A stretch of DNA of 64,000 nt, from the NCBI GenBank assembly GCA_964532525.1, contig CAZHIM010000006.1:46309-110308 (forward strand), read 5' to 3'. Every line of letters starts with the position of its first letter. Positions within the stretch are counted from its first letter, which is position 1. Positions 18,110 to 27,503 of this stretch are shown here, one piece after another. The notes beneath the pieces are model-generated. The model made no database searches and was not told the origin of the DNA. It saw only the letters and a program-made list of their open reading frames with translations. The stretch is from an uncultured Bifidobacteriaceae bacterium (GTDB taxonomy: Bacteria; Verrucomicrobiota; Verrucomicrobiia; Limisphaerales; UBA11358). A program made the position numbers and the translations under genes.

Positions 18110-19032
18110 TGCCCACCCGCCGCGGCTCATTCAAAATCTTTTCGCTCGCCGGCATTGGCGTTTACGTCCACTGGCTGTGGTTCCTCGTGGCCGTCTATTC
18201 CATCCAGTTCCGCACGCACGAGTATTCCTCCCTGGTCTGGAATGTGGCGGAATACCTCGCCCTGTTCCTCATCGTCTTGATTCACGAATTCGGCCATCAA
18301 TTCGCCTGCCGCTCCGTCGGCGGCCAAACCCACGACATCATCCTCTGGCCCCTCGGCGGCGTGGCGTACGTCACCCCGCCGCAGCGTCCGGGCGCCCAGC
18401 TCTGGAGCATCGCCGCCGGGCCGCTCGTCAACGTCATTCTCGTCCCGGTCCTGACCGTGCTCCTGGTTCTGGCCGGCGGCCATCTGAGCCTCACCTCGGA
18501 GCCAAATGAACTCGCCTTGTTCCTGAACAACGTCTGGTTCATCAATTTCGTGCTGCTCGTTTTCAATCTCATGCCCGTGTATCCGCTCGACGGTGGACAG
18601 ATTTTGCGCTCGCTCCTGTGGTTTGTCTTTGGCCGGGCCAACAGCTTGTTCGCCGCCAGCATCATCGGCTTGTTCGGCGTGGCGGGCTTGGTCCTGCTCG
18701 CCATTCTGGATCGCTCCATCTGGCTGGGCATCATGGCGGCGTTCATCCTCATGAACTGCTGGAGCGGTTTGACGCAGGCCCGCGCCCTCGCCCGCATCGC
18801 CAAGCTCCCCCGCCGCGCAGGCTTCGCCTGTCCCTCCTGCAAAACCCCGCCCCCGCTCGGGGAGCTCTGGCGCTGCGGCCAGTGCGGCCAGCCCTTCGAT
18901 ACCTTCCTCACCCAGGGCCTCTGCCCGCATTGCGGCGCCCACTACCAAGCCACCCAATGCCTCGATTGCGGCAGTTCCGCCCCCTTCGCCGCCTGGAACC
19001 CCGCCAGCGCGGAGTCCGTGCGGAACCAGTGA
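18109..19032 (+). CDS. M50 (site-2 protease family) zinc metalloprotease with C-terminal double zinc-ribbon
   Basis: HEFGHQFA (HExxH), MPVYPLDGGQILRSLLW. The C-terminus has CPSCK...CGQCG and CPHCG...CLDCG. TAATG overlap with the thrH stop. Confidence 0.8.
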   Translation: MPTRRGSFKIFSLAGIGVYVHWLWFLVAVYSIQFRTHEYSSLVWNVAEYLALFLIVLIHEFGHQFACRSVGGQTHDIILWPLGGVAYVTPPQRPGAQLWSIAAGPLVNVILVPVLTVLLVLAGGHLSLTSEPNELALFLNNVWFINFVLLVFNLMPVYPLDGGQILRSLLWFVFGRANSLFAASIIGLFGVAGLVLLAILDRSIWLGIMAAFILMNCWSGLTQARALARIAKLPRRAGFACPSCKTPPPLGELWRCGQCGQPFDTFLTQGLCPHCGAHYQATQCLDCGSSAPFAAWNPASAESVRNQ

Positions 19033-19033
19033 A

Positions 19034-20011
19034 TCAGTCTTCCGCCTTGAACGCCCGCGAAATCAAATCCCGCACCGCCTGCCGCGGATTCTTGCCCTCG
19101 TATAGCATCGCGTAAACCTCGTCAATCACCGGCGTGGACACATTCTTCTGCCGCGCCAGCCGGTACGCCGAACGCGTCGTGGGATAGCCCTCCGCCAGTT
19201 TCGGATGCGACTCCATAATGGCCGCCAGCGATTCGCCCCGCCCCAGCCGCTCGCCCAAATCGTGGTTGCGGCTTTGCCGCGAAAAACACGTCAGCATCAG
19301 GTCCCCCAGGCCGCTCAAGCCCGAAAACGTCTCCGGCTGCGCGCCGCAAGCCACCCCCAGCCGCCGCAGCTCCGCCAGCGACCGCGTCACCAGCCCCGCC
19401 TTGGTATTGTCGCCGTACCCCAGCCCGTCGCTCACCCCGGCCCCAATCGCGATGATGTTCTTCAGCGCCCCGCCGTACTCCACGCCCACCACGTCCCGGC
19501 TCCGGTAAATCCGGAATTCCGGCCGGTGAAACAGCCCCTGCACCGTCTTGGCCGTCCCCTCGCTCTCGCACGCGCACACCACCGACGTCGGCACGCCCAG
19601 CGCCACTTCCCGCGCAAAACTCGGACCCGACAGCGCCGCCACCCGGTCCGGCGGCGCCAGCTCGCGCAAAATCCGGCTCATCGTCTCCCCCGTCTCGTAC
19701 TCGATCCCCTTGGTCACGCTCACAAACACCGCCGGGTGCCCCTTCAACCGCGCCGCCACCGCGCGGAAAAATTGCGAGGGAATCGCCAGCACCAGCACTT
19801 CGCGGCCGCCAACCGCCTTGGCAAAATCCGGTTCCGTCTGCCAATCCGTCGGCAGCGCCACGCCCGGCAGCAGCTTTTCGCTGCGGCCCTGCTGCAACTC
19901 GGCCAGCAGCGGCGCGTTGATGTCCCACAACGCCACGGAATTGCCGTTTTCGTGCAGGACCTTGGCCAGCGCCGCGCCCCACGCGCCCGCGCCCAGAACA
20001 CAGATTTTCAT
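19034..20011 (-). CDS. gpsA: NAD(P)H-dependent glycerol-3-phosphate dehydrogenase
   Basis: MKICVLGAGAWGAALAKVL Rossmann motif, GALKNIIAIGAG and other GpsA-typical blocks. Immediately downstream of plsY. Confidence 0.9.
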   Translation of the reverse strand: MKICVLGAGAWGAALAKVLHENGNSVALWDINAPLLAELQQGRSEKLLPGVALPTDWQTEPDFAKAVGGREVLVLAIPSQFFRAVAARLKGHPAVFVSVTKGIEYETGETMSRILRELAPPDRVAALSGPSFAREVALGVPTSVVCACESEGTAKTVQGLFHRPEFRIYRSRDVVGVEYGGALKNIIAIGAGVSDGLGYGDNTKAGLVTRSLAELRRLGVACGAQPETFSGLSGLGDLMLTCFSRQSRNHDLGERLGRGESLAAIMESHPKLAEGYPTTRSAYRLARQKNVSTPVIDEVYAMLYEGKNPRQAVRDLISRAFKAED

Positions 20012-20018
20012 AGTTAAA

Positions 20019-20693
20019 TTATTTTGCCGCTTCCGACTTTTTGCCAAACCGGTTTTCCGTGCCGGCCAGGAGCCGTTGAATGTTGGATTTGTGCTTGTAG
20101 ATCGCCAGTGCCCCCAGCGCCGTCGTCACGCTCCCCAGCAGCACATTGTGCGGCGGCATGGCCCAGACCGCCGCCGGCAGCGCCACCGCCGCGGCGATGG
20201 ACCCCACGGAAATATACCGCGTGGCCACGACCGCCAGGAGGAACACCACCAGCGCAATCAGCAACGCCCACGGCGCCAGCGCCAGAAACACCCCCGCCGT
20301 CGTGGCAATGCCCTTCCCGCCCTTGAATTTCAGCCAGCACGTGTAGTTGTGCCCCAGCACCGCAAAAACACCGCCCAGCACGTAAAATCGCATCTGCAGC
20401 TCCGCCGGCTCATTTTGAAAATAAACCGCCAGTCCGGAAGCATGCGCCGCAAATTGATTGAATATCCAGGGCGGCAGACCGGCGCACGCCACGTAACCCT
20501 TCGCCGCATCCAGCAGCAGCACCAGCACGCCCACCGGCTTGCCCAGCACGCGCATGGCGTTGGTGGCGCCGATATTGCCGCTGCCCACCGTGCGAATATC
20601 AATGCCCCTGGCCTTGGCGGCCAAAAACCCAAACGGTATCGAGCCCAGCAAATAGGCCCCCACCGCCACCGCTATGTAACAAAAAACCGGCAC
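20019..20693 (-). CDS. plsY: glycerol-3-phosphate acyltransferase PlsY
   Basis: GSIPFGFL, RTVGSGNIGATNAMRVLG, LLDAAKG, GHNYTCWLKFKGGKGIAT. GTG start. Confidence 0.9.
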   Translation of the reverse strand: MPVFCYIAVAVGAYLLGSIPFGFLAAKARGIDIRTVGSGNIGATNAMRVLGKPVGVLVLLLDAAKGYVACAGLPPWIFNQFAAHASGLAVYFQNEPAELQMRFYVLGGVFAVLGHNYTCWLKFKGGKGIATTAGVFLALAPWALLIALVVFLLAVVATRYISVGSIAAAVALPAAVWAMPPHNVLLGSVTTALGALAIYKHKSNIQRLLAGTENRFGKKSEAAK

Positions 20694-20839
20694 AACCGAT
20701 TCTATGAACCCCGCCTCCCAACTTCAAAGTCCAAAGTTGCCACCCGGTTCGGATACGCTGCCAAAAACGCAATCGAAAATCTGTCGTAAAATTCGGTTTG
20801 CAAAGCACAGTCAATTTTGTATAGGAGTAACCGTTACCT

Positions 20840-22303
20840 ATGACGGATGGCCCCAATAGCCTGCTTCCCATCTTCACGTTTGACGGAAATGACGGTTGGG
20901 ATGAATTGAAACAGTTGGCGCAGCCGGAGCTGGATAGCGGCGGCACGGCGCGTTTAATGTCCGCCTTGGGCGAAAAGGCCAAAGCCGTGGCGGTTGAACG
21001 TCACTACATTGACAAAGATTACCGGGACACGTTTTCCAATTTTCATTCCAAGCGATTTAGCACACCTAATTCTCGTTGCTTACGGCTTCACTTTTTTAGC
21101 AAAGCAGTCACTCGTGAGGACATTCGGCACGCCGAGAATATTCAGTCAGATTATCTCGGGTATGCAATCATTCGGCCGACTCGCCCCAACTGTCTCGGTC
21201 GCACTCTGTTGAAGCCGGAATCCCGCAGCAGAGTTTCAGGTTCCATGCGCCTTTGTAAAGAAACGCTTACCCTGCAAGGCACAGAATTAACGGTTCAGGG
21301 GTTTCCGTTCATCAGTCAGGACGCAGACGTGACCGTTTGCGCTCAGTCTGCCCTGTGGATGTTGGTCCGCTATTATAGCAACCGCTACCCGCTTTACCCA
21401 GAAACGTTTCCTTATCAGTTGGCAAAGCTCACCGAGGATTATTCCCTTGGCCGGGTTTATCCATCATCGGGACTTTATCTTTGGCAAATGACCGAGTCGC
21501 TGCGACGGCTCGGCTTCAGCCCTGTCACCTATACTCGCGACCGGTTCAAGAACGATTTTGACCACTTGCTTTATACCTACATTGAATCAGGAATCCCGGT
21601 TTTGGCGGCGACAGAACGGCATGTGGTCGTTGCTTTCGGTCACAAATCGGAATACGTCAAGCCCGATCCATTGCCAACGGAAATTTCCTTTTCGTCACAA
21701 TTCAACCACGCGCTCGTGGTAAACGATGATAATCGGATTCCGTATCAGTTGTTGCGCAAAAAGAAGGTGAAAACGCCTGATGAGTCAAATTACGAGTTTG
21801 ACGACATCACGTCCTTCGTTGCGCCATTGGCTGAAAAAATATTTCTGTCAGCGGAAAGTTTTCAGAAGGTCGTGACGACCATACTCAATCGGGGCGACGT
21901 TGGATACAAGGCACTGTCGGCAACGCTTTCGTCGGAACCGTTGGTTTTGCGATTATTCCTGACCACGGGGAGGTCGTTCAAAAAGCGTTTGACCGAACGC
22001 GGGATGGGCAACGTTTTGGTCGAGCAAGTATATCGAAATCTTCCGCTTCCCCACTTCTTTTGGGTCTGCGAGATTTCGCACGTGGAGGCATACTTGCAGC
22101 ATCGGATTTATGGCGAAATTCTGTGGGACGCGACCCGCAATGCGTCCGAGCCGGACGGCTGGATCGCACTCCACTATCCTGAAGTGCTTGTGGTGGATGT
22201 GGGCTCAGCCCTGAACGAAAGCCAAAAACTCAAAAAATATTCTTTGCAAAATTCCGAAATTTATCCACTTTATCGCAGTAATTTAACAGACATCCAGCTA
22301 TGA
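20840..22303 (+). CDS. hypothetical cytosolic protein with central papain-fold C39-like cysteine peptidase core and unrecognised N- and C-terminal domains
   Basis: 487 aa with no signal peptide or TM segment visible. Motif order is Q160-x6-C167 (ISQDADVTVCAQSALWML), H261 (ERHVVVAFGH), N295-D296-D297 (VVNDDN). AGGAG lies 12 nt upstream of the ATG. Local GC is far below that of the neighbours. Confidence 0.6.
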   Translation: MTDGPNSLLPIFTFDGNDGWDELKQLAQPELDSGGTARLMSALGEKAKAVAVERHYIDKDYRDTFSNFHSKRFSTPNSRCLRLHFFSKAVTREDIRHAENIQSDYLGYAIIRPTRPNCLGRTLLKPESRSRVSGSMRLCKETLTLQGTELTVQGFPFISQDADVTVCAQSALWMLVRYYSNRYPLYPETFPYQLAKLTEDYSLGRVYPSSGLYLWQMTESLRRLGFSPVTYTRDRFKNDFDHLLYTYIESGIPVLAATERHVVVAFGHKSEYVKPDPLPTEISFSSQFNHALVVNDDNRIPYQLLRKKKVKTPDESNYEFDDITSFVAPLAEKIFLSAESFQKVVTTILNRGDVGYKALSATLSSEPLVLRLFLTTGRSFKKRLTERGMGNVLVEQVYRNLPLPHFFWVCEISHVEAYLQHRIYGEILWDATRNASEPDGWIALHYPEVLVVDVGSALNESQKLKKYSLQNSEIYPLYRSNLTDIQL

Positions 22304-22482
22304 ACGACCAGCTTGAATTGATCCCCGGGCAGGGAAAACCGCCGGAGCCGCTGTTCAAATCCGAGCACGACTATCAAGAGTTTCGTCGTACTTACACTGA
22401 GGAAATCGCACCCCGCTTGGAACAACTTCGCGAGGCTCGCCGCCAAAGTGAGGAGCAGTCCAAAAAGCATTGGATGAGCTGA
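22300..22482 (+). CDS. small charged hypothetical protein (60 aa), translationally coupled to the peptidase-like gene
   Basis: ATGA start/stop overlap with the upstream gene, same low-GC composition, and a hairpin plus T7 terminator follows. No family recognised. Confidence 0.45.
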   Translation: MNDQLELIPGQGKPPEPLFKSEHDYQEFRRTYTEEIAPRLEQLREARRQSEEQSKKHWMS

Positions 22483-22506
22483 AACCGTCGCATCTTTTTT
22501 ATACCC

Positions 22507-22535
22507 GGCAGCTAATCGAACGGCTGCCTTTTTTT
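22507..22535 (+). terminator. rho-independent terminator of the low-GC two-gene cassette
   Basis: The stem is ggcagc (22507..22512) paired with gctgcc (22523..22528). The loop is 10 nt, followed by ttttttt (22529..22535). Confidence 0.6.
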
Positions 22536-22553
22536 GGAAACAGACCGTTACCC

Positions 22554-25160
22554 CTACCGGACCAGCACCGTCCGGTAAAACTGCGCCGCCGGGCTCCCCG
22601 CCGCGGGCAGGTTGAAATCAAACACCCCGTTGACCGGTGAATTCGTGCTCACACTGGTCCAGCTCACCAAATCCGGCGAAGCTTGGACCGCGTAATCATG
22701 CCCGTCATACCCGCTGAATTCCACCTGCACCTGTCCGTTGGCCGAAACCATTGTCCCCCAGGGGTCCATCCGTAACCGTGGCAGGAGCTGACTCGGAATC
22801 GCTTCGTAGGCCTGATCGTTAATCGCGTATTCCTGCTGTGCCGCCGGATTCACATTTAGAAACGGCGATTCCACTGTCAATTGCGGCGCCGCCAGAATAT
22901 CGCCAATCCCGTGGAACACCTGACCGAGGAACACCGCCTTCGCCGATTCTATGGCGTCCGCAATCATCACCGCCTGCGCCGAATTGGACGAAATCACGAT
23001 CGGACTGAATTCGGGGGAGATGTAGGCGCCCGGATACTCCACGATGTTGGTCAAGGCAGTAAGCCCATCCAGCTCCATCGCCCAAGCATTGGGATCCGGA
23101 TCGCTCACTGGAAACTGGGTCCGTAAATCATTCGTGTTGAGGACTGCCGCCAGCAAACTCACCAACTGCCAGTCGTACACGGGCGCGGATTCCGTCGCAT
23201 CCAGGTATGCGCCCGTGGCTGCATCTTGCAGCAGGTCGCCGGTCCATGCCGCCCACGTCACCAGACCGGTTGGAAAACCACTATTAGAGTAAGCCAGGAT
23301 ATTCGTGGATTTGAGATAAATCGTCTGCCACGGCGTGCCGCGATGCACTTGGCCAAGCCAGCTCAGATTCCACGTCTGCCCCGTTGGAAAGTTCCAACCA
23401 TCCGCGGTCCAAACCAACGGGTCTTTGTAAGCCAGGTTGTACGCGTTTTGATCCACTGTCGCGCCCATTGCCGCCATCTGCCCAAGCTGGCCCCATGGCT
23501 GGTAACGCCCTTTGAGGGGCGTTGCTGGCGGCGTTGGCATCGGCTGCGTGGCGCCCGGATCGTCACTGTGCGTCCACACACAGTTGGTCGCCACCTGCTG
23601 CGCGGCCCAGATGGCCCGCGTGCCGGTCTGTCCGTTCAAATCGCTGGCCAGATAGTGCACCAGCGGATCATTTGCTTGCAAAAGCAAGGACACATACACT
23701 GTTCGCGTTGGCGTGTACGGCGCCTGCATGCTCATCTGGCGGTTCACATACGTCTTTCCCTGATAGTCGAAACTGGCCGTAAAAAACCCATCGAAGAAAG
23801 CCGCTTCTGCGCCCGGCGTGATTAGCCCCATCACCGTGAGCGCAGTGCTCCATTGCCCCCCAAGCGGTATTTCCGAAACCGGTGTCGGACCCCCGGGAGC
23901 CGGCGGATGGCCCGATATGTACAGTTGGTTGAGTACCCCAAACGGAACCGTTGACGCGGTTCCGAGAGTATTTGTGCTCCATTGATAATAGACGTTACCG
24001 ACCTGGGGATAATTCCAGTCCGCCAATGCCTGGTTCAAACCGCCGCACACGGCCGAACAAAGCTCCACGTAATCTATCACGTTGCCGCCATCCAAAATAT
24101 ACCCCTGCAAGTAATTCGTAACCGACAGTCCAATCTGATCCAAATTGCTCATCTCGGGGTTGAAGCATGTGTAGTTCAAGAAATTGTGGGTGGCGAAATC
24201 ATAGGCCAGCGGGCTCTGGTACAGTACGCCCCAATTAAAGGAGAAAAAGGACGACATCTGTGGCAGCATGTTCGGCGGGGTGCCGCTCCATTGTGAACCC
24301 GGCCACGCATTGATCACTACATTTGTGTAAAAATTGGTGGGCGAAGCGTCCGAGTGCAAAGGCCATACGTGATACCCATTGGTCATGAATTCGTTCAGGG
24401 AGTCCGACACCACCACTTGCAACGGCCGCGGGTAGGCCGAACTGTACGGGTTCCAGAACGAAATCCCCACCTCGTTCGTGATGGGACCGATGATATACTC
24501 CTGGTTCGTGCTATAACTGGCCGTGGCGACGTCCAATGACGTGCGCGTCAATTCCAGCTTTCGCGTCACTTGCGCGGCGCTAATCAGGGAAAGTTGGTTA
24601 AAATTCGGCAGGCCCTGCTTGGCCCCGATGACCCAAGGCACGCCATACACATTCACCAGGCCGTTGCCGTCGGCAACCGGGTCCATCCCGGCAAAATCCA
24701 CCAGCTCCGCCGGCGCATACGGAGTGGCCAACTGCGGGTCGGACGGCCCGGACACATTCGTCACCTGCGCATAACCGCAAATATAAACGTCGCCGGCCGC
24801 ATCGGCCGCAAACAGCGGCCGGAAGACGCTCGGGTAAAAATTCGTGTTTTCCGCGTCCAGAATATTGGCCGTCACCTGCAGCAGCCGATGCACCGCCGGC
24901 GTGTATTGATTCGTGGGATAAATTTGAAGCTGGGTGAGATTGACGTTCAACTGCGCCGACAACAACCGGCTGGCCACATTCGTAAAGAAACTGATCGGGG
25001 TGGTCGTATCGAACGTGGGATCGGCCGCCGCCGGCCCCGGCCGGAAGAGGAGGATCGCCACGCCCAGCGTGAGCCCAAGCCAACGCCAGCCCCGCACGCC
25101 ACGGTTGTCCCGGGGCCAACTTCTGATTTTCTCCGGTGCGTTGCCGGCGCCGTTGCGCAT
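22554..25160 (-). CDS. large secreted hypothetical protein with C-terminal FYR-ending module
   Basis: 868 aa from the ATG at 25160, with a signal-like RGWRWLGLTLGVAILLFRPGPAAA. No enzymatic motif recognised. The C-terminus VQVEFSG...YAVQASPDLVSWTSV...AQFYRTVLVR resembles the C-terminus of the 7143..11051 protein. Confidence 0.65.
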   Translation of the reverse strand: MRNGAGNAPEKIRSWPRDNRGVRGWRWLGLTLGVAILLFRPGPAAADPTFDTTTPISFFTNVASRLLSAQLNVNLTQLQIYPTNQYTPAVHRLLQVTANILDAENTNFYPSVFRPLFAADAAGDVYICGYAQVTNVSGPSDPQLATPYAPAELVDFAGMDPVADGNGLVNVYGVPWVIGAKQGLPNFNQLSLISAAQVTRKLELTRTSLDVATASYSTNQEYIIGPITNEVGISFWNPYSSAYPRPLQVVVSDSLNEFMTNGYHVWPLHSDASPTNFYTNVVINAWPGSQWSGTPPNMLPQMSSFFSFNWGVLYQSPLAYDFATHNFLNYTCFNPEMSNLDQIGLSVTNYLQGYILDGGNVIDYVELCSAVCGGLNQALADWNYPQVGNVYYQWSTNTLGTASTVPFGVLNQLYISGHPPAPGGPTPVSEIPLGGQWSTALTVMGLITPGAEAAFFDGFFTASFDYQGKTYVNRQMSMQAPYTPTRTVYVSLLLQANDPLVHYLASDLNGQTGTRAIWAAQQVATNCVWTHSDDPGATQPMPTPPATPLKGRYQPWGQLGQMAAMGATVDQNAYNLAYKDPLVWTADGWNFPTGQTWNLSWLGQVHRGTPWQTIYLKSTNILAYSNSGFPTGLVTWAAWTGDLLQDAATGAYLDATESAPVYDWQLVSLLAAVLNTNDLRTQFPVSDPDPNAWAMELDGLTALTNIVEYPGAYISPEFSPIVISSNSAQAVMIADAIESAKAVFLGQVFHGIGDILAAPQLTVESPFLNVNPAAQQEYAINDQAYEAIPSQLLPRLRMDPWGTMVSANGQVQVEFSGYDGHDYAVQASPDLVSWTSVSTNSPVNGVFDFNLPAAGSPAAQFYRTVLVR

Positions 25161-25666
25161 TTGAAGCCCATTGAATCCCACCCCCCGGATAAAGCAATCG
25201 AATTTCGCCACTCCGCAAGCCTCCCCGGCCATCCAGAACGGGTCGAATTCTCGCTTGAACCGTACTTTTGGACGTGGCGTCCACGGCCGATTGTTAGCCG
25301 CTAACGAAAAATCGTCCAAACGACACATTTTTCGCTCCCGACGGCCGTTGACGGCCCTCAAAACCTGTTAAACTTCCCTTGGCGGGACCGCTTCCCGCCA
25401 CGATGGAAATGCCTCGTGCCATCGTCGAAATCGGCATGGCGGCTCTCCCCGCCAGCGCTCCCTCGTTGTTTTCTTCCCCCCGCATGGCCGGCGCGCTCAA
25501 CCGCGCCGTAAGCCCCGAAAAACCCCCGAAAAGCCAAGGCAAAAATTTTGCAAAACCCCTGCAAAAACCCCCATCGTCAACCCCCGTCAACCCTAAAAAT
25601 CTTTTGCCTCTCCCGGCCGGCGGCGCCGGCTTCCCGGACCGACCGGCCCGCACCCGCCATTCCGAC

Positions 25667-26842
25667 TTGGGAATTTTTTGGGCCACCTTCGTGTTGTGCC
25701 TGGCCCTTTGCACCTGCGGACACTGCGCCGAGCCGTCGCTCGCTCCGGATGCCGCCCGCCTAGCCCGTTGGATCCTCGCCCAGCAATGCACCAACTCCGC
25801 GCTCCCCAGCTACGGCGGCGTGAAAGCCTCGCCCGACCCCGCGGCCATCGGCCCGGATGGCCAGCCTTACTGCGGTATCAGCCCGTATTTTGCCAATCTC
25901 GCCATGCGCGGCCTCCTGCGCGCCCATGCCCCCGGTGCCGTCCGCGCGGCGGATTTGTGGCTCCGCTGGTACCTTGCGCACCTCGATCCCCCAAGCGCTC
26001 CCGACGGCGTTCCCTGCGACCATTTCTGCCGTCCGGATGGCACCAGCGAAACCAACTGCGTCAAGTCCGGCGACCCGCTGCTGTGCCGTCATAACGACGC
26101 CACGGACAGCGCCGCCGCCACGTTCTTCTCGGTCCTTTGGGCCGCGCATCAAGCCGGCCAGCCCGCCGCCCCTTCCACGCCGGACCAGAAGCGGCGGGTG
26201 GAAGCGCTCGCCGCCGTGCTCCTGAAATTGCAGCAGCCCGATGGCCTGTGCCGGGCCAAAGCCGATTACCGGGTGAAATACTTGGAAGACAACAGCGAAG
26301 TGTTTGCCGGCCTGCGCGATCTCGCGGCCTGGGAACGCGCGGCCGGGCACGATTCCGCACATGCCGCGCTCTATCAGCGGGCCGCCGACCGCGTCCAACG
26401 CGGCATTCTCAGCGAACTCTGGGACCCGTCAGCCCAACTGTTCCGGGTGGCCAAGTTTGAAGACGACCGCCGACCGGACACCGATCTCGATAGGTGGTAT
26501 CCGGACACCCAGGCCCAGTTCTGGCCCGTGCTCTTTGAAGTGGTGGCCGCGGACGCTCCTTCCACCCGGGCCGTGGTGGCCGCCGTCAACGCCCGTTGGA
26601 ATGGCCGTCAGAAGCCGGACTGGGCGGCGGATCCGGGACAGGTCAACCAGGGCTGGCTCGAAGCCGGCGTTGCCTGCGCCATGCTGCGCAGCGGCCAGGT
26701 TCTGCCGGTCCAGACGTTCGTTGCCGCCGCCCGGCCCCTGAAATTCCGCGCCGCCGGTTTTGCCGGTCCCTTCAACGTGGCCGACGCCGCCTGGCTTTTG
26801 CAGATTTTGACGCAATTGTCCCCACAATCCGCGCCCCAATGA
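25667..26842 (+). CDS. hypothetical secreted protein, possibly (alpha/alpha)6-barrel glycosidase-like
   Basis: Helical-repeat character (ARWILAQQ...YGGVKAS, LLKLQQPDGLCRA, YLEDNSEVFAGLRDL, WYPDTQAQFWPV). The start is uncertain. TTG at 25667 precedes a signal-like LGIFWATFVLCLALCTCG, and the ORF is open from 25379. Confidence 0.4.
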   Translation: MGIFWATFVLCLALCTCGHCAEPSLAPDAARLARWILAQQCTNSALPSYGGVKASPDPAAIGPDGQPYCGISPYFANLAMRGLLRAHAPGAVRAADLWLRWYLAHLDPPSAPDGVPCDHFCRPDGTSETNCVKSGDPLLCRHNDATDSAAATFFSVLWAAHQAGQPAAPSTPDQKRRVEALAAVLLKLQQPDGLCRAKADYRVKYLEDNSEVFAGLRDLAAWERAAGHDSAHAALYQRAADRVQRGILSELWDPSAQLFRVAKFEDDRRPDTDLDRWYPDTQAQFWPVLFEVVAADAPSTRAVVAAVNARWNGRQKPDWAADPGQVNQGWLEAGVACAMLRSGQVLPVQTFVAAARPLKFRAAGFAGPFNVADAAWLLQILTQLSPQSAPQ

Positions 26843-26916
26843 ACCCGTGTCCCGCCTCCTTGGTAATTTTGAACGGGCGCCCCGCGCCCTTCCCGAAAAG
26901 CTTTGCCGAATCACCC

Positions 26917-27315
26917 TCAGTTGGGCTTCGGCTCGTAAGCCGCCTTCGACTCAAAATGGAGCAATTCGCCGATTCGCTTTTCCAGGCGGCTCAAGTCGAG
27001 CGGCTTGGTGAAGAAATCCTCCGCCTGCATCGTGGCGCTGCGTTTGGTGACGTCCCCGGTGAGGGCGCTCATGAAGATGATCGGGATCTTCTTGGTGGCC
27101 GGCTGGCGCCGCAGGATCTCGCACACGGACAGTCCATCCAAGTCCGGCAGGAGGATGTCCAACAGGATGAGATGGGGCTTCAACGTTCGCGCCTGGCTCA
27201 GGGCATGCACCCCGTCATTGGCCACAATCAGCTCGTAGCCGTGGCCCGCGAGCTTGTATTGCAACAACTCGATAAAGTCGTTTTCGTCATCCACGATGAG
27301 TATGCGCGGAACCAT
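26917..27315 (-). CDS. stand-alone response regulator receiver (CheY-like)
   Basis: ILIVDDE, LILLDILLPDLDG (phospho-acceptor Asp context), PIIFMSA, FFTKP. Confidence 0.85.
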   Translation of the reverse strand: MVPRILIVDDENDFIELLQYKLAGHGYELIVANDGVHALSQARTLKPHLILLDILLPDLDGLSVCEILRRQPATKKIPIIFMSALTGDVTKRSATMQAEDFFTKPLDLSRLEKRIGELLHFESKAAYEPKPN

Positions 27316-27503
27316 GTTTGGAATCTAGCTTATGCCCGGCGAATTACAAAGTCGGCCAGGTTAATTATGCGTTACGAACAGGTAACGGAAACCGATGGGA
27401 AGATTCAGAAAATTTAATCGGGCCCGCCGGTCGCTCTCGCCTTTCGTCCTGTGCCGGCGGCAGTTGCGCGCCGGCACGGCTCTTCCGCGGTCCGGCCCGC
27501 GCC

